Assembly (NCBI GenBank): GCA_009602735.1
Contig: WELA01002985.1
Coordinates: 342,355 to 400,118, forward strand
Direction of reading: 5' to 3'
DNA: 57,764 nucleotides
DNA from: Mesotaenium endlicherianum
Taxonomy: Eukaryota
In this document: in pieces, positions 1-12,542 of the stretch
Layout of the letters: each line of letters opens with the position of its first letter
Numbering within the stretch: the first letter of the stretch is position 1
The notes under the pieces: generated by a model
What the model was told of the DNA's origin: nothing
Database searches by the model: none
What the model saw: only the letters and a program-made list of their open reading frames with translations
Program-made: the position numbers and the translations under genes

Positions 1-154
1 ACCAGCCACCCCCTCCCTCCCCCCCTCCTCCTCTTGTGCAGTCTCGCTCCTCCCCTCCTCCGTTCCTCTGCTGATGATGGTCTTCTCTGCCCCCGTGCCA
101 TGCGTGTTTGTACCGTGTGGGCGCATATGGTGGTGCCACCTGGAGCTGCTGCAG

Positions 155-2212
155 TACCTGGAGCTGGTGATAGACTGCTTCCCGCAGTCGTCGTCGGCGA
201 ACCCCGCGCACGAGCTGTGGGGCAGCATCATTATCAAGTCGGGCAACTTGCGGGAGCTGTTGCTGGACCTCAACGCGCCCTTCAACCTGCGTGTCAACCC
301 CGAAGCCGTGGCCAGCCTGCGCAAGCTGGAGGTGAAATCTCTTCTCGCTTTCTCTCTCTCTATATGTCCCACCCACCTTCCCTCCCTCCCTCCCTCCCTC
401 CCCGGCCTCTTACTCCCTCTCCTTCTGGCGTGTGGCAGCTCTCGCTCGGCACGCGTGTCCATCCAGTGTCATTCGCGCATCTGCGTGCCTGTGTGTCGCT
501 GGTGCTCTTGCCCGTCGGTCGTCACTGCTTCATCTCTTCTTGTGCCTGTGCGCTTCGCCGGCAGTTGTGCAGCAATGCGCCCCCCCATGGGGCTCATCCA
601 GATGCCTAGGGGGAGCTTGCCAGCCCGCTGCTCCCTCACGCATTGCCCGCCCCAGCCCCCTCCTCGCTGTTCCCTCACGCGTTGAGCTGGCTCGCCCCTC
701 TGCTCCCATGCGTGAATGTGCGTGTACGTGCTTTCTTCCCCCTCCCTCACGGTTGTTTAGTCCCCCCTATCCCTCTTCTTCGCGGCAGCTGAGCGGCGAC
801 GACTGGCCGTGGTCAACGGCACGCGAGCTGCTGGAGGTGGCGGGGCAGGACCTTGAGTTCCTCAACCTCGCCATCTCGCTCGACGGCGTCCTGGGGTGCA
901 CGCCCGTCGAGTTCTTCCGGAAGCTGCCGTCGCTCAAGTACCTGTCGATGAACACCGAGATCTTCTACTTCCTCTGCCACTCGCTCGGCGCCACCTCCAT
1001 CATCCACGTGAGTTGCGCCCCCTGCTTGCAGCCCCCCCCCCAACGCCCCCTCGTGCCTCGTGCCTCAGGTCATATTGCTACATTGGTTGTCTCCACCGGG
1101 CTTTCTCTGGAAGTGGGAGCACTTGGTTCAATATCACCTTCCCTGCAGCCCCCTCTCTCATAGCACAGCCCCCACCCTTTGTCGCCGCCGCCAACAAACC
1201 CTTCTTGGGGCTGGGAAGGCTTGGATTCTCCCACCTTTCCACCCCTCGCCTCCAACGAACACGCACCGTAGACCCGACACCCGCCTCGCCCGCCCACATG
1301 TAGTGGAGCCCCTCGTAAGCGAATGGCGGGCGGTCTTGCTCAGCGAGATGCAAGCAGCCCTGCGTGCCGGCCGTCCCAAGTGGTGCAGATGAAACGTGTT
1401 GGAGAGACGGAAGGGCTCGTGCCCCCCACGCTCCCAGGCACGCGTGTGCAATCAGGTGTCAGATCAGGCTTCTGTGCATCATCGTCATCCTCATCCTCAT
1501 CGTCATCATCAGCATCATTGTTGCACTCGACCCGACCGCGGAGCCGGGAGCTTCTCCTCCGTTCCTCCTCTCCGCCCCCGCCCCCGCCCCCGCGCCCGCG
1601 TCCCTTCTCTCGATGACTCGGCCATCACCGCCTGTCCTTACGCACGATTCCTAGCATGAGGGGCAGGGGGTGTCGACAGGTCCCAGCACTCTGGGAAAAG
1701 TGAAAAGCCTACACCTTTGCAGTCCAAGTGATGTGTCGCCCTTTGACTGTGCGCCTGGACCAGAAGACTTATGACTTTCTGCCCAAGTATTTTGTCTGCC
1801 CGGAACATCCCTCCCTCTCTCTCTCTTCCTCTCCTGCCGCACTCCTACGGGGGTCAAAACGAACGGGGCCTGGCTCTTGCGGTGGCAACTCTGACGAATG
1901 AAGGTGCTGGTGGGTGGTGGTTGCGTCTCCGGCTGCGGCTGGCGGTTGGGGGGGGGGTGGGAGGTGGAGCAGGCGCCGGAGCTGCGAGAGTTCCACATGG
2001 AGTCGGTGACTGCCATGCTGGAGGAGCTCAAGTTTGTGGCGGCGCTGCTCAAGGGCTCGCCGCACCTGCGCGTGGTGCAGCCCATCCACGTGACGCTGCA
2101 CTACACGGACGGCGGGGGCGGCGCCTTCCACAAGCCCTTCCAGGACGAGCTCGACCGCATCCGCCGCCAGTACCCCCGCAAGCAGCTGCTCCAGGGCGCC
2201 GTCTACTCCTAG
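155..2212 (+). CDS. 3' exons of an LRR-containing, F-box/FBD-like protein (5' part lies outside the window)
   Basis: Three GC-rich phase-0 exons with GT-AG borders: 155-331 (YLELVIDCF...NLRELLLDL...SLRKLE), 789-1007 (LSGDDW...LEFLNLAI...LPSLKYLSM) and ~1964/1973-2212 (APELREFHM...LLKGSPHLRVV...stop TAG). LxxLxL repeats and the LL.xSP.L motif resemble F-box/LRR/FBD C-termini; the family call is inference. Confidence 0.55.
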
Positions 2213-2280
2213 CGCCGCCGCATTCACCGTCGTTGTTACCGGCGTGAACCTGAACGGGGGTGCCCAGGGCGGGCCCTCAT

Positions 2281-2495
2281 TTCTGCTCGTGGTGCAATGT
2301 GAAGCGGGCCTGGCGGTCACTGGGGTGCGCGGCTTGCTCTCTGCTCCTGGCGTAGTGTGAACGGGTCTTGCCTGGCTGGGTGCCCGGGGCGCAGCAGTTA
2401 CTCTCTGTTCCTGGTGTGGTGTGAACGGGGTCTGATGGAGCGCTAGCCGGTGGCACCATGGCTCCTTGAGTAGCGTGCCGAGTAATGTGAACGGG
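2281..2495 (+). repeat. Degenerate interspaced ~27-bp direct repeats downstream of the LRR gene stop
   Basis: Motif CTCTGYTCCTGGYGTRGTGTGAACGGG at 2281-2308 (degenerate), 2339-2365 and 2403-2429, with a partial copy at 2481-2495, separated by dissimilar spacers. Confidence 0.6.
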
Positions 2496-4704
2496 CTCTG
2501 GCTGGGGTTGCTTGTACCTCTTTGCAATTATAGCCCTTGGTCTACAGCGGCGTGGGGCAGCAGCAAATAGGTACACAGGAGAGGAGCGGTCAAATCTGCT
2601 GGAGAAGGGGTGGACGGCGAGATGGCGCCAGCTCACAATTGCAAGAGATGTGCCCTGCACGGCCCGTATTTTTTATTATACTAGATAAATAGGGTGAAGG
2701 GGGGGCACATTTTTACCCCCTACCCCTGCACGGCTGGCGGCGCGCGGTGCTTTCTGCAGATCCGCCACCGTTGTTGCATCATCACCACTGCGGCAGTTGT
2801 TGCGCACGCCCACATAAATCCGGCTCCCTGGTATCTGGTGCCCTGGAAGGGAGCAGCAGCTGGCGGTGGTGCGAGTACCAGTAGAAAAAGAGGAGGATGC
2901 GCAGGGAAGGGCCTGATGCGGCGCGGATGGCCCTTAATTGGTGTATATGGTTGTCAATAGAAGGCGTGCTATGGTGAGGTGGCAGTCAAAGGCAAGGTGG
3001 AATACGCCTTGTTCTCCGCAAACATGACTGCGTGCTTTCGCCTACTTGCATTCTTAGTAATGAGAGGCTGTGGAGAGGTGGAAGCTTTTTGGAAGGCTTG
3101 GTGTAACCTATGGCAGTTCCTTCACTTCCAGCTTGCATGACTCGTCCTTGTTGAGGGTCAGCATCATGGTCTAGCAGTTTCATGCATCAATAAAGCAAGA
3201 AAATGTTGCCCTACTTACGTTTGTTGTCTGTAAATAGGCGGGTGGAGTGGTCATAGTGAAACGATGACGTGTGCAAAGCTGTAGTCGCTTGTATAAGTTT
3301 GTGTAGGTAGCCACGCGATCTCCTAATACTTTCTTACTTGTGTGCATTTTAGGGTTTGCATGAGTGGACTAACTTATACCAGCATCAATGAAATTGATCT
3401 GTGTGTGTATGTTTGCGGATGTAGATGCAATCTGTAGAGCCATCGGCGTCGTGCGCTTTTCCGCCAGATATTTGGGGCCAAGGGTTGAAAGCACCATAAT
3501 AACAACTAGGTCCATAAGTTCTTTCATATGTGCTTCTTTTCAGATCACTCATTGTTGCTGGAGTCGCCGATATTTATCGTCATCATTCAGTCACTTGCTT
3601 TGATAGGCAAGTTGTTTGTTGGCACCAGCAACCATCAAATTTAATAGACTCCTAGCTTAAAATGGCGATGATGTTGTTGAATGGCATGAACTTTCTACTG
3701 GAACTAATTTGCAACATTTGATAAGCATATGCAGTATCTTCTATTCAATAACTTGTTATAAGCCCAATGCACACATGTGTATTGCAAGCATAGTTCGCTA
3801 CACTTTCTTAATTGAAGCTACATCAAAATTGTAACTTGGAGGTACAAAAAAACAAAAAAAGATGTTGGCAGAACACTCAAAAAATTGCGAACAAGATTAC
3901 TCGAGTTTAAAAGGAGTTCTGAAGAGAAGGTTCTTACTACATCACATTGAACCACTAAACACTTGCGTCTAGTGTCCATATGGGCGGAACCTTTTCTGGC
4001 TTTATTTGCACAATCCCTTCGCAGTTTTCTCATAATGAGTGTCATTACCATGTTTGGCGAGGAAGTGGTGAGATTTGATCTTGAGGGTAGTGACTTAGAA
4101 GCAACTTGGAATATGGGGTGGAGAATCAAATCTGACCTTAAGCATGGTCATGCTTTGTCTTGGTCTGCATGGTGGAAAATTTGCAAAGACCTAAGTGCTC
4201 GGATATAATAGTGACCTAGACAAAAGATGTGTCATAAATAATCATGATATTTTTTATTAATTGGAGTGAAGCCCAACTTTCTTACAAGGGTGACACGTAA
4301 AATTCATGATATTTTATGTGAATGTCATGAAGTTTGACCAACACACGCTTTCCAAGTTCCTTGTCTTGGTCAACACTCCCTTAAGGTAGTTAAGACATGA
4401 AGAATGTGACCTTTGTAAACATATAAATCCGAATTATTGTTTCACATAAACAAGTATGCATATCCAAGCAACCTCAGACATTCTTAGATATCAAGTTTGA
4501 AAACATCCACATGCCTCATATAGCATCACCATTCACTGTGGTATACGAAGCGGCATAAGGAAGGAGAAAAAACGGTACAAGGTCAAGCTATAAGGTATAA
4601 GCTCAAACTTATACAACGCGAGCTAACACAAGATATTTTGACAAAAAGGTAACAGAAAACTTGTAAGCAATAGCGAGATTGTTTTTCCCTAGCTTCACTT
4701 AGAA

Positions 4705-4942
4705 TCGGAATGAGCACACGGTCACATACACATCACACCAAAAATGGGGTGGCATAGAGGGAAAACATGACACTTGTAACTTATGGTGTTTTTTAGAGCT
4801 ATGTTGCTTGCTGCAGATGTGTTTGCCAACCTGTGAACGGAAGAAGTATAGGTGGATGTATATATCAGTGCAAGATTGCCATCCTTGTTGAGAGAGAAAT
4901 TTCTGAAGGAGCTATGGAGTAGGAAGAAGTTATTTGTGGAGG
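4705..4942 (+). pseudogene. Ty1/copia integrase remnant (left half of a copia element split by chromovirus A)
   Basis: Broken translation EHTVTYTSHQ-NGVA*RENMTL...RAMLLAADVFANL*TEEV*VDVYISARLPS matches the copia integrase consensus TPQQNGVAERKNRTL...ARAML...LW.EAV..A.Y..NRLPS. Confidence 0.7.
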
Positions 4943-5546
4943 TGTAATGAATTAGTATTTCAGAATATATAGTGATTCAATTAAATACAATCGTTAATCA
5001 ATTTCAGTCTGCTGAATAGTCAATAATCACTCAGCCGAGAGTAGCAGGCTAAAAGATCCACTTAAGTCAACTTGTTGACTTATTCTTTGACAAGCAGGAG
5101 CCTCAAGCGGAAGTAGCAAATTGCCTGGTAATGCACCTATTGTGATATGCTAGATGAATGGCCAGATGACGCCGTAGACGCACGGCAATGCGGGATGATG
5201 AGAGATGGCTGTGGATTTGGTTAGCCAATGTCCTACCAACGAGGATAACTCTCGGGTAGACAGTGCCATTGTACTTGCCGTTGAACAGTAAAATCATTCC
5301 ATGTACATAGGCTAGGATTGCTAACGATTTTGGGTTCGAAAACGAGTTCAACTAAAGTAAAAGATTACTGAAAGGGAATCTGAATCCAAGGCTACAAGTT
5401 GTTACACGAACTGCTTACTAACCTTGCTTATGTATGAGTTTATTGATTGCATGATTCATGCTCGTGACTTGCGTTTGGACTTGTGAAAATTGCGAACGCT
5501 AGTTCTGTGGTCCTCTGTTGATTAATAAGTTGACCAAAAAGTACCA
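4943..5546 (+). repeat. 5' LTR of element A (3'-truncated)
   Basis: Starts TGTAATGAAT and aligns by eye with the B LTR (e.g. GATATGCTAGATGAATGGCCAGATGAC, CCTTGCTTATGTATGAGTTTA), then jumps directly into protease sequence. Confidence 0.85.
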
Positions 5547-5547
5547 T

Positions 5548-6622
5548 ATTGAAGTTTATTTAGGTTCTCGTGAGTCGTAATGCAGTACTAACTGAAGAGC
5601 TGACATTTGAGTCACTCAATATTGGCTTTTATGATCTTGTGCTAGGCACGTCCTGGCTGAATAGACATCAAGCTGAAGTGTGTTGGAGCAGAGGTACAGG
5701 TAAAGCAAGAAAAGCCAGTGATGGGCAGACTAACCTGGCACCCACGAGTGCTTCTCCTCTTGTCCCGTATGGATGGCAAATAAAGGATAAACATGGACTT
5801 CCAGGAAGGTGCAAAGTGCTGAATACACCAGACTTCGTTGAAAGTTGGAACCAAAAGGAAGACATACTTTACTGTCTACTGCTTAAAGAGGTACCTCCTC
5901 AACTTAAAAAAGTGGGTGAAAGAAAGGTAAGCTCTCTGGAGCACCCTACTGTTGCAAAAATTGTTGCTCAGCATGCTGATGTTTTAATGTACCTCCGGGA
6001 ATCCCATCTAAAAGAGAGGTCGATCACAAGATTGAGCTTATATCTGGAAGTCAGCCACCATGGCAACGCACTTATGGATTTTCTTATTTGGAGAATGAAG
6101 AACTAAAAACATAGATCAAAGAATTGGTGGAGAATGGGTACATTTCTCCCAATAAATCACCTTACGGTGCACCCATTCTATATGTTAAGCAAAAGGATGG
6201 CAGTATGCGCAAGTGTGTTGATTACAGAGTACTCAACAAAACTATAGTAAAGAACAAGTATTCTTTGTCCAAAATCGAGGATTTGCTTGATACACTGTTC
6301 GGTGTTAAAATGTTTAGTAAGATTGACTTAAAAAGTGACTATCATCAAATCATAAATTGTTGAGGGAAATGAACACAATATTGCTTTCCGCACAGGTTAT
6401 GGAATCATAAGTTCAATTTAATGCCTTATGGCATAACCAATGCCCTTGCGACCTTCATGGGTTCTATAAATGTTATTTTCATACCTTATTTGGGTAAGTT
6501 TGTGCAAGTCTTTTTGGATGATACATTGGTCCTCTCAAAAAATGAAGCTGAGAATGTTGGACACTTGAAGGTAGTGATGGAAACTCTTGAATTGTATGCT
6601 TAAATGAGTGAGTGTGATTTCT
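5548..6622 (+). pseudogene. Element A pol fragment (end of protease and most of RT), with stops and frameshifts
   Basis: [45 protein letters not shown] and VFLDD are present and homologous to B pol. Confidence 0.9.
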
Positions 6623-6626
6623 TTAA

Positions 6627-9220
6627 CACTAGATAGCCCACAGTAACTCACACTTTTTGATGCATCTACTACCTTTACTCCTGAATTTTTTGTGATCACA
6701 GTAGTAGTTTAATCATACAATGAAGCACAGATTTGGAAAACTTACATCACAATCTTACTGACCACATCTTTCTTTTTTTAAGATGATTTTTTTTTTTAGT
6801 GAAAAGACCAAAAAGAATGACACCAAAAAATTAAGCGCCAAAATTGCAAAACTTGGGTCTTCATATCTCTACAAACCTTAGTTTCTAGGGCATGTGAATT
6901 TAGCCAAGGGGTATGTATATGGGTAGTTAGTACATGTGCAAAATTTGGGCCCATCGGAGAAGCAATCTGCCTATTGGAGCTCTTAGCAAATATGCACCAA
7001 ATATGATGCGCAAAAAAAGCATGATGCAACAAGCGTTTCAATGGACAGCTTCACATAGCATGACTTTGTGAAGTGCACACATATCACATAAATCTGAAAC
7101 TTAACATATCACTTACTTATGTCCTTGGCTTGTTAAAATTTGTTTGTTCAATTTTAGACATTTAATAATGATTTAATTATTACAAATAATCATCATGCAG
7201 GGGCAAAGTGAACGATTAATTTTCTGTTTTTTAAAATTAAAAAAATAAAATCAAATATAAATTGATGAACTTATTCATGTCATGTTTTCACACATTTCAG
7301 TGAGTCTCACTATAATTAATGGCTACCAGATTAGCTCAATTTCGTCGATTCTCGCCTATTTGTGTCTTCTAAGACCTCTTCTCCTTGAAAAGTCCTTCAT
7401 CTAGATGGGCAATAACCCTGGTGATGTCGTATACATGAAAGCAAGGAGCAACACACAGGTACACATTACAAGACATACACTTGTGATCACTAAACTTAGC
7501 TCTCTTTCTATTGACACGTTGACCAAACGTACCCGCAACACACACGACACAATACTTCCTCTTCTCAACTTCTGTAGGAAACTGTCTTCCAGTGAACTTG
7601 CCTTCTGCTGTAGGTTGCCACTCCACTAGGTCCTGCTTCATCAGGGTGCTGGAAAGAGCACATGTCATCCATGATGTCCATGTATGTGTCGAACCTGTCT
7701 GCCTTCGGCTGCACCATCTTGTACATGATGAAGACATTGGCAAGAAGGCCATCACAAATGCCCCAATATGCCCTGTGCCACCACTTCCTGTTAACCAAGA
7801 CTCTCTCAACACTGTAACCTCTCTTCAAACAATAGGTATCATACTGATCAACAGCATCTTTAGACATATTGTAATGCTCTACTAGCTCAGGGGTTGGAAT
7901 TCTAAGTTTTTCTTTTCCGTTGCGTCTACTCTGTATAGTGGGGGCTAGCCCTTTGGCTGTTGACCAAAAAGCACATGGAGCTTTATCATTCCACACAGCA
8001 ACTACCATAGGGGGCTACTCATTGTAAGCTGCAAGAGTGTAGCCTTTAGGGTGGGTGTCAGGCTTCATGTATAACAACCGTTTTGGATAGTCCTTTCTAG
8101 TGGAAACTACAGTGCCTGTGGCTCCATGTCCTAGATGTGCAAGTTTAGAAAAGAGGTGTGGAGAGGTGAAGCCTCTGTCAAGTATGAGAGTGAAGCATCT
8201 GCCAACAGGAAGCATAGCTACTAAGCCTAACACACACACCTCTTCATACTCTTCCTCCTCCTCCTCCTCTATCATAGTTGCTGCAGAAGGAACCTCCTCT
8301 GTGTCTTCAGAATCCGGGAAGTCTTCTTCTTCAGAGCTGCTGCTGTCAGACCCAGACTCAAAATCTAAAAAGACTTCCTTGCCTTTCTTACTAGACATAG
8401 GCTTGCCTTGAAACACAAATTTGCTTCTCCCAGCAGGCGCTGCTATTTTTGTTAGAGCCTGCAGGTTTGCCCCTCTTCTTGCTAGGTTGACTGTCAGTAA
8501 GGCTAGTCTCAGTACCCTGCAACTCTGCACTGACTTGTGTGTCCAAAATGGCTGTCTAAGACACTCTAAAAGATGCCTGAGGGTCATCTTGACTCTCGGG
8601 TGCTTTTTCCGCCTCTGGTTGCTGTTCTTGCTCACTTAGCCGCGTATATACTCCCTCAGAAAGTTCATGCCATGTGCCAGAGTCTTTCTTAATGGCACCT
8701 TCAACAAACTCCTGCGTAAATTTTTGTCTAAACTTATCATAGACAAAGAACACCTGATAAACGACGCCATGGCTCTTTTGGGCCTCGGTTCGCTTCTTGA
8801 CCACTCCCTCCAACGACACTTCTTTCCAATATGTATCGATTTTTTCATAAGCCCACGGACGACCGAAGTGAGCAGCAGGTATGAGAATTTTTGTTCCTAA
8901 AAGAGCGTCAAGAGAGCAACCTACGGCAGCCATGGCTGAAGAGGTCTCGCAAAAAAGAAGGACTTTTGCTTTCAATTTCGATGACTTTCTTCATCCAAAC
9001 TGATTTTAGCATCGTACACATTTTGATGTAACTTGTACATAAGAAGTCGGTTTGACCTGTCGATTTAATTTTGAACACGTTGCAATGTAGCCCACCGTTT
9101 GAGACTAATTTCACTTAAAATGATGAAGTATACAAAGATTTATGGTAGAGACAAAGAGGGCAAGTAGTTGCATCAAAATGTGTGAGTTGCATCACATATG
9201 ATGCTCCAAGTTATCTAGTG
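6627..9220 (-). mobile_element. piggyBac element PB1 (internally deleted, non-autonomous)
   Basis: TTAA at 6623-6626 and 9221-9224. Terminal inverted repeats CACTAGATA...TATCTAGTG, plus subterminal inverted repeat AACTCACACWTTTTGATGCAWCTACT at unequal distances from the two ends, as in piggyBac. Confidence 0.92.
7369..8933 (-). pseudogene. PB1 piggyBac-type DDD transposase, frameshifted and lacking the first catalytic region
   Basis: Motifs ILDRGFTS, HGATGTV, AVWNDK, HYNMSKDAVDQYD and KWWHRAYWG, and a C-terminal CxxC...CxxC..LC...CF Cys-rich domain. The acidic N-terminal linker joins directly to the DRGFTS region. Confidence 0.88.
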
Positions 9221-9521
9221 TTAACACTAGGTATACTGTGGGACCAATATTGGTTCCAAAACCAAATTTAATACCACTACTAGCCAATTTTCTACGCCCC
9301 TATCTCTTCAGTTATATAAGTGAGAATTAAATGATTCTAGTATGCCTACATCCGTATGGACCCAAGGAGTGCGGCAAAAATGAGTTTGTCGCGATCGGAC
9401 GCGTTCGCAGGAAGATATGCCACTTTGCTTACCAAGAAGCAGATGAATTTCAATCAAAATTAGTCACTTTTCTTCGCTCATCTTCACCTCACTGTACTCT
9501 CTATTGCACACGACAGCAGCC

Positions 9522-10309
9522 ATGGCTGCCATTCCCTCTTCGTCCACGGGTCTTGTGGTGGGTGTAGGCACAAAAATATTTACTCCTAGCAAAATATGGG
9601 GTGAGGTATGGGCTGCACAGGAGTTCGGACAGGAGTGTGAGGAGTTTTTTATCATGGGAATTGTAGAGGAAGAGGATAACAAGACTAAAGAAACTAGATA
9701 CAAGTGCTATTTTCCCTATGACGGAGAGTACAAAACCTAAAAACGTTCATTTGTGCTCAAGTACATACTTCAAATACCAGAAGAACAGTGGGTTATGCCT
9801 AGAGAGGAAGTTATTAGGATTCGGCCAGAAGATGTGTCACGGACACAAAATTTTGTGCATCCTTTGCAACTGACACCAGACACACAAACTACCCAAACTA
9901 CACAAACTACACAAACTACAGTAGAGCTGGAAGAGGCAGAAGACTCTGAACCAGATGAGGTAGAGGAGGATGAAGACCAGCCGATTAGAAGGAGGGGTAG
10001 GCCACATAAGCAAAAGGGACCTGACATGACTGTACCAGGCTCTAGAGATGAGAGAGGCAAGAGAAAGGTTGTAGCAAAAGACAAGGGTAAGAAGAGGGCT
10101 AAGAAGGGGTATAGGAATAAGAAGGGCCTAGACTTAGAATTCGAGGAACATAGCTCTGATTCAGAGCTAGAGTCCGAAGGGGAGCCCCTGCTGGATGAAG
10201 CACCCGAAGAGGAGGAGGAGCTGCAAGGACCAGACTATGCTTGGAGACCTTCTGATGAAGGTGAAGTGCCCGAGTGGCTCAAGAAGCCTGTGAGCACCTT
10301 GACTATCGG
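9522..10309 (+). pseudogene. PB2 transposase N-terminal part (unknown globular domain, then acidic/basic linker)
   Basis: ATG in a CAGCCATGG context; one in-frame stop at 9738-9740; similar to the PB1 N-terminus; cut by the B LTR at 10310. Confidence 0.75.
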
Positions 10310-11029
10310 TGTAATGAATCAGTATATTAGTAAACATAATATTCATTTAAATATAATAGTTAATTAAGTTCAGCCTGCTGAACTTTAGTTAATAGTCAGT
10401 CTGTTGGACTTTACATAATTATCAGTTTAATGACTCAGCCGGAAGCAGCAGGCTGAAGTCCATATAAGTCAGCTTGCTGACCCATTCTTTGACAGCCAGC
10501 TGACTTCCGTACTCGGTAGCAGCACACTGCCTTGACTTACACCTAAGTACGATATGCTAGATGAATGGCCAGATGACATCCCTATGATGGATGGCTATTC
10601 GGGATGATGGGAGATGGCGGTGGATTTGGTTAACCGAGGTCCTACCAACGTGGTTAACTCCCGGGTAGGCGGTGCCATCGCACTGACCGTTGAACAGTAA
10701 ACTCATTCCATGTACATATGCTAGGCATTGCTCTCGGGTTCAGCATTCGGAAACGGGGCCAACTCTCTTGTACAGCTGACTGAGAGAGATCTGAATCCAA
10801 GGCGAGAAGCCATTGATACGCACTGTCTTCTAACCTTGCTTATGTATGAGTTTACTGATTTGCATTATTGATGCTAGTTTACTCGCATTTGACTTACCAG
10901 TATTATTCGCTGCTAGTGTAATGTCCTTTGCCGTTTAACCAGTTAACGAAAATTACCATAAAGATTACTTGCTGATATAAAGATCTTTATTAATTGTTAA
11001 TCGCCTATTTGGTAAGTCGATTCATTTCA
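10310..11029 (+). repeat. 5' LTR of B
   Basis: TGTAATGAATC...GATTCATTTCA; direct repeat of 18095-18820. Confidence 0.96.
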
Positions 11030-11030
11030 G

Positions 11031-11042
11031 TGGTATCGGAGC
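11031..11042 (+). promoter_or_regulatory. Primer binding site of B (initiator tRNA-Met type)
   Basis: TGGTATCGGAGC one base after the LTR; one mismatch to the canonical plant TGGTATCAGAGC. Confidence 0.9.
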
Positions 11043-11063
11043 AGTTATCACAGTCTTCTTTGT

Positions 11064-12542
11064 ATGGTAAGGACAAGGTCTCAAACTAGCAACTCCCGAG
11101 ACATGGAGAACCAGGATAACGAGAATGTCGAAAACCAGGCGGAAAGCCATGTAGCGGGAAACCGTACCTATTCGGAAGCAGTAGCGGATACTGCAGCTAG
11201 GGAGGCTGCAGATGAGGCAGCTGCTATTGCCTCAGTCGCAGCTCAGCAAGCTGAGGAGGAGATAGCCAGACTAGAAGCTGAACAAGTAGCAAAGGCCGCT
11301 GAAGATATACAAAGGAGGGAAGGACAGCCAGCTGACGAGCGCACTGTTGAAGAACTTATGGCATCAAGGGCCAATGTTCTGAACCCACCTCCTGCCGTAC
11401 AACTCAATGTACCCCTAGGTCAAATACGTGACCGGCTGAATGCGGCAGGAATTGCTGCTGCAGGAGCAAGAGGGATTGTTGAGGACACTACTCAGCGAGT
11501 AGATGCCAATGCTGCTGCTGCATTTGCTAATCTACCACCCCAAAGGGTAGACTTGGGAGCATTGTTCGTTCAGATGCAATCGCAAATGGCGACCATGTAT
11601 CAGTCCCAGCAGGAGGACAAAAGAATCATAATGTCCCTACTCCGGGACAGAGACCAACTGGGGTCTCACACCACTAGTGGTGGTGGCCGAGGGCCTAGTA
11701 AGCCCAAGCCGAAACCTCCCCAGGACTATGATCCTGAGGGAAACAGAAAATATTACCTGATCAAGTTTCTCGCGGATGTTGAGCAGTGGCTGGAGAACTA
11801 CCCAGAACTGCAAGATTACGAGAAGGTCAGGCACACCGGTGCGCTACTGAAAGGCAGTGCCGCAGACTGGTGGCTTTACTGGAAGGAAGAGCGTAAGGCT
11901 CGGCAACTCGGTGACCCTACGTGGGTAGAGTTTGTCGAGAAGTTGCATGAGAAGTTTGATGTCATCAACCAGCAGGAGAAAGCTATCTATGCGATGATCT
12001 CCCTGACACTGAAGCAGACCACTTCAGTTGCTGAGTTTGCTCAAAAGTTCCAAGAGAACATGATGAAGCAGCCTGATTTGCCAGAACGGTATAGGATAGC
12101 ATACTTCAGGTATGGCTTGAAATCCGAGGTCTCTGGTCATTTTGCTGAGAAAAAGTATGAGAAACTGGCTGACTTGATCCAGGATGCTGACGCCTGGGAT
12201 CAGCAGCAGTTCAATCACAAGCGCCAGAGTAACGCTTTGGTGTCTAAGATTGTCAAAAAGCCCCACGGTTCCTACAATGCAGTTGAAGGAGACCAGGCTG
12301 AGGATAATCAGGGTGATGAATATGAGTATGAGTACAATGCTATTCAGTCTAGAGGTAGAGGTGGTCCCTCTCGAGGTGGCTATGGAAGGGGTGGTGGTAG
12401 GACTAAGCCGAGACCAGCCTCAGCAAAATCTACTTGCTACCATTGTCAGCAGAAAGGCCACTACAGAGAACAGTGTCCGGTCAAGCACCTGCCTAAGGTC
12501 GAGAGAAAAGACCAGCCTTTAAAAGACAGCAACAGTCAGTAA
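11064..12542 (+). CDS. gag: Gag of B
   Basis: Intact 492-aa ORF with retrotransposon capsid-like region (LLKGSAADWW, LKQTTSVAEFAQKF) and zinc knuckle CYHCQQKGHYREQC. Confidence 0.93.
   Translation: MVRTRSQTSNSRDMENQDNENVENQAESHVAGNRTYSEAVADTAAREAADEAAAIASVAAQQAEEEIARLEAEQVAKAAEDIQRREGQPADERTVEELMASRANVLNPPPAVQLNVPLGQIRDRLNAAGIAAAGARGIVEDTTQRVDANAAAAFANLPPQRVDLGALFVQMQSQMATMYQSQQEDKRIIMSLLRDRDQLGSHTTSGGGRGPSKPKPKPPQDYDPEGNRKYYLIKFLADVEQWLENYPELQDYEKVRHTGALLKGSAADWWLYWKEERKARQLGDPTWVEFVEKLHEKFDVINQQEKAIYAMISLTLKQTTSVAEFAQKFQENMMKQPDLPERYRIAYFRYGLKSEVSGHFAEKKYEKLADLIQDADAWDQQQFNHKRQSNALVSKIVKKPHGSYNAVEGDQAEDNQGDEYEYEYNAIQSRGRGGPSRGGYGRGGGRTKPRPASAKSTCYHCQQKGHYREQCPVKHLPKVERKDQPLKDSNSQ

Noticed and set aside
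2281..2495. CRISPR array
   Set aside because: Repeats are few and degenerate, the context is eukaryotic, and there are no cas genes or leader.
2650..2725. Helitron 3' end or other transposon terminus (GC hairpin, then CTAG)
   Set aside because: The hairpin is weak, the base after CTAG is not T, and no partner end was found.
3930..4210. LINE C-terminal zinc-finger remnant
   Set aside because: Only vague Cys/Trp spacing; no RT or endonuclease motifs recognised.
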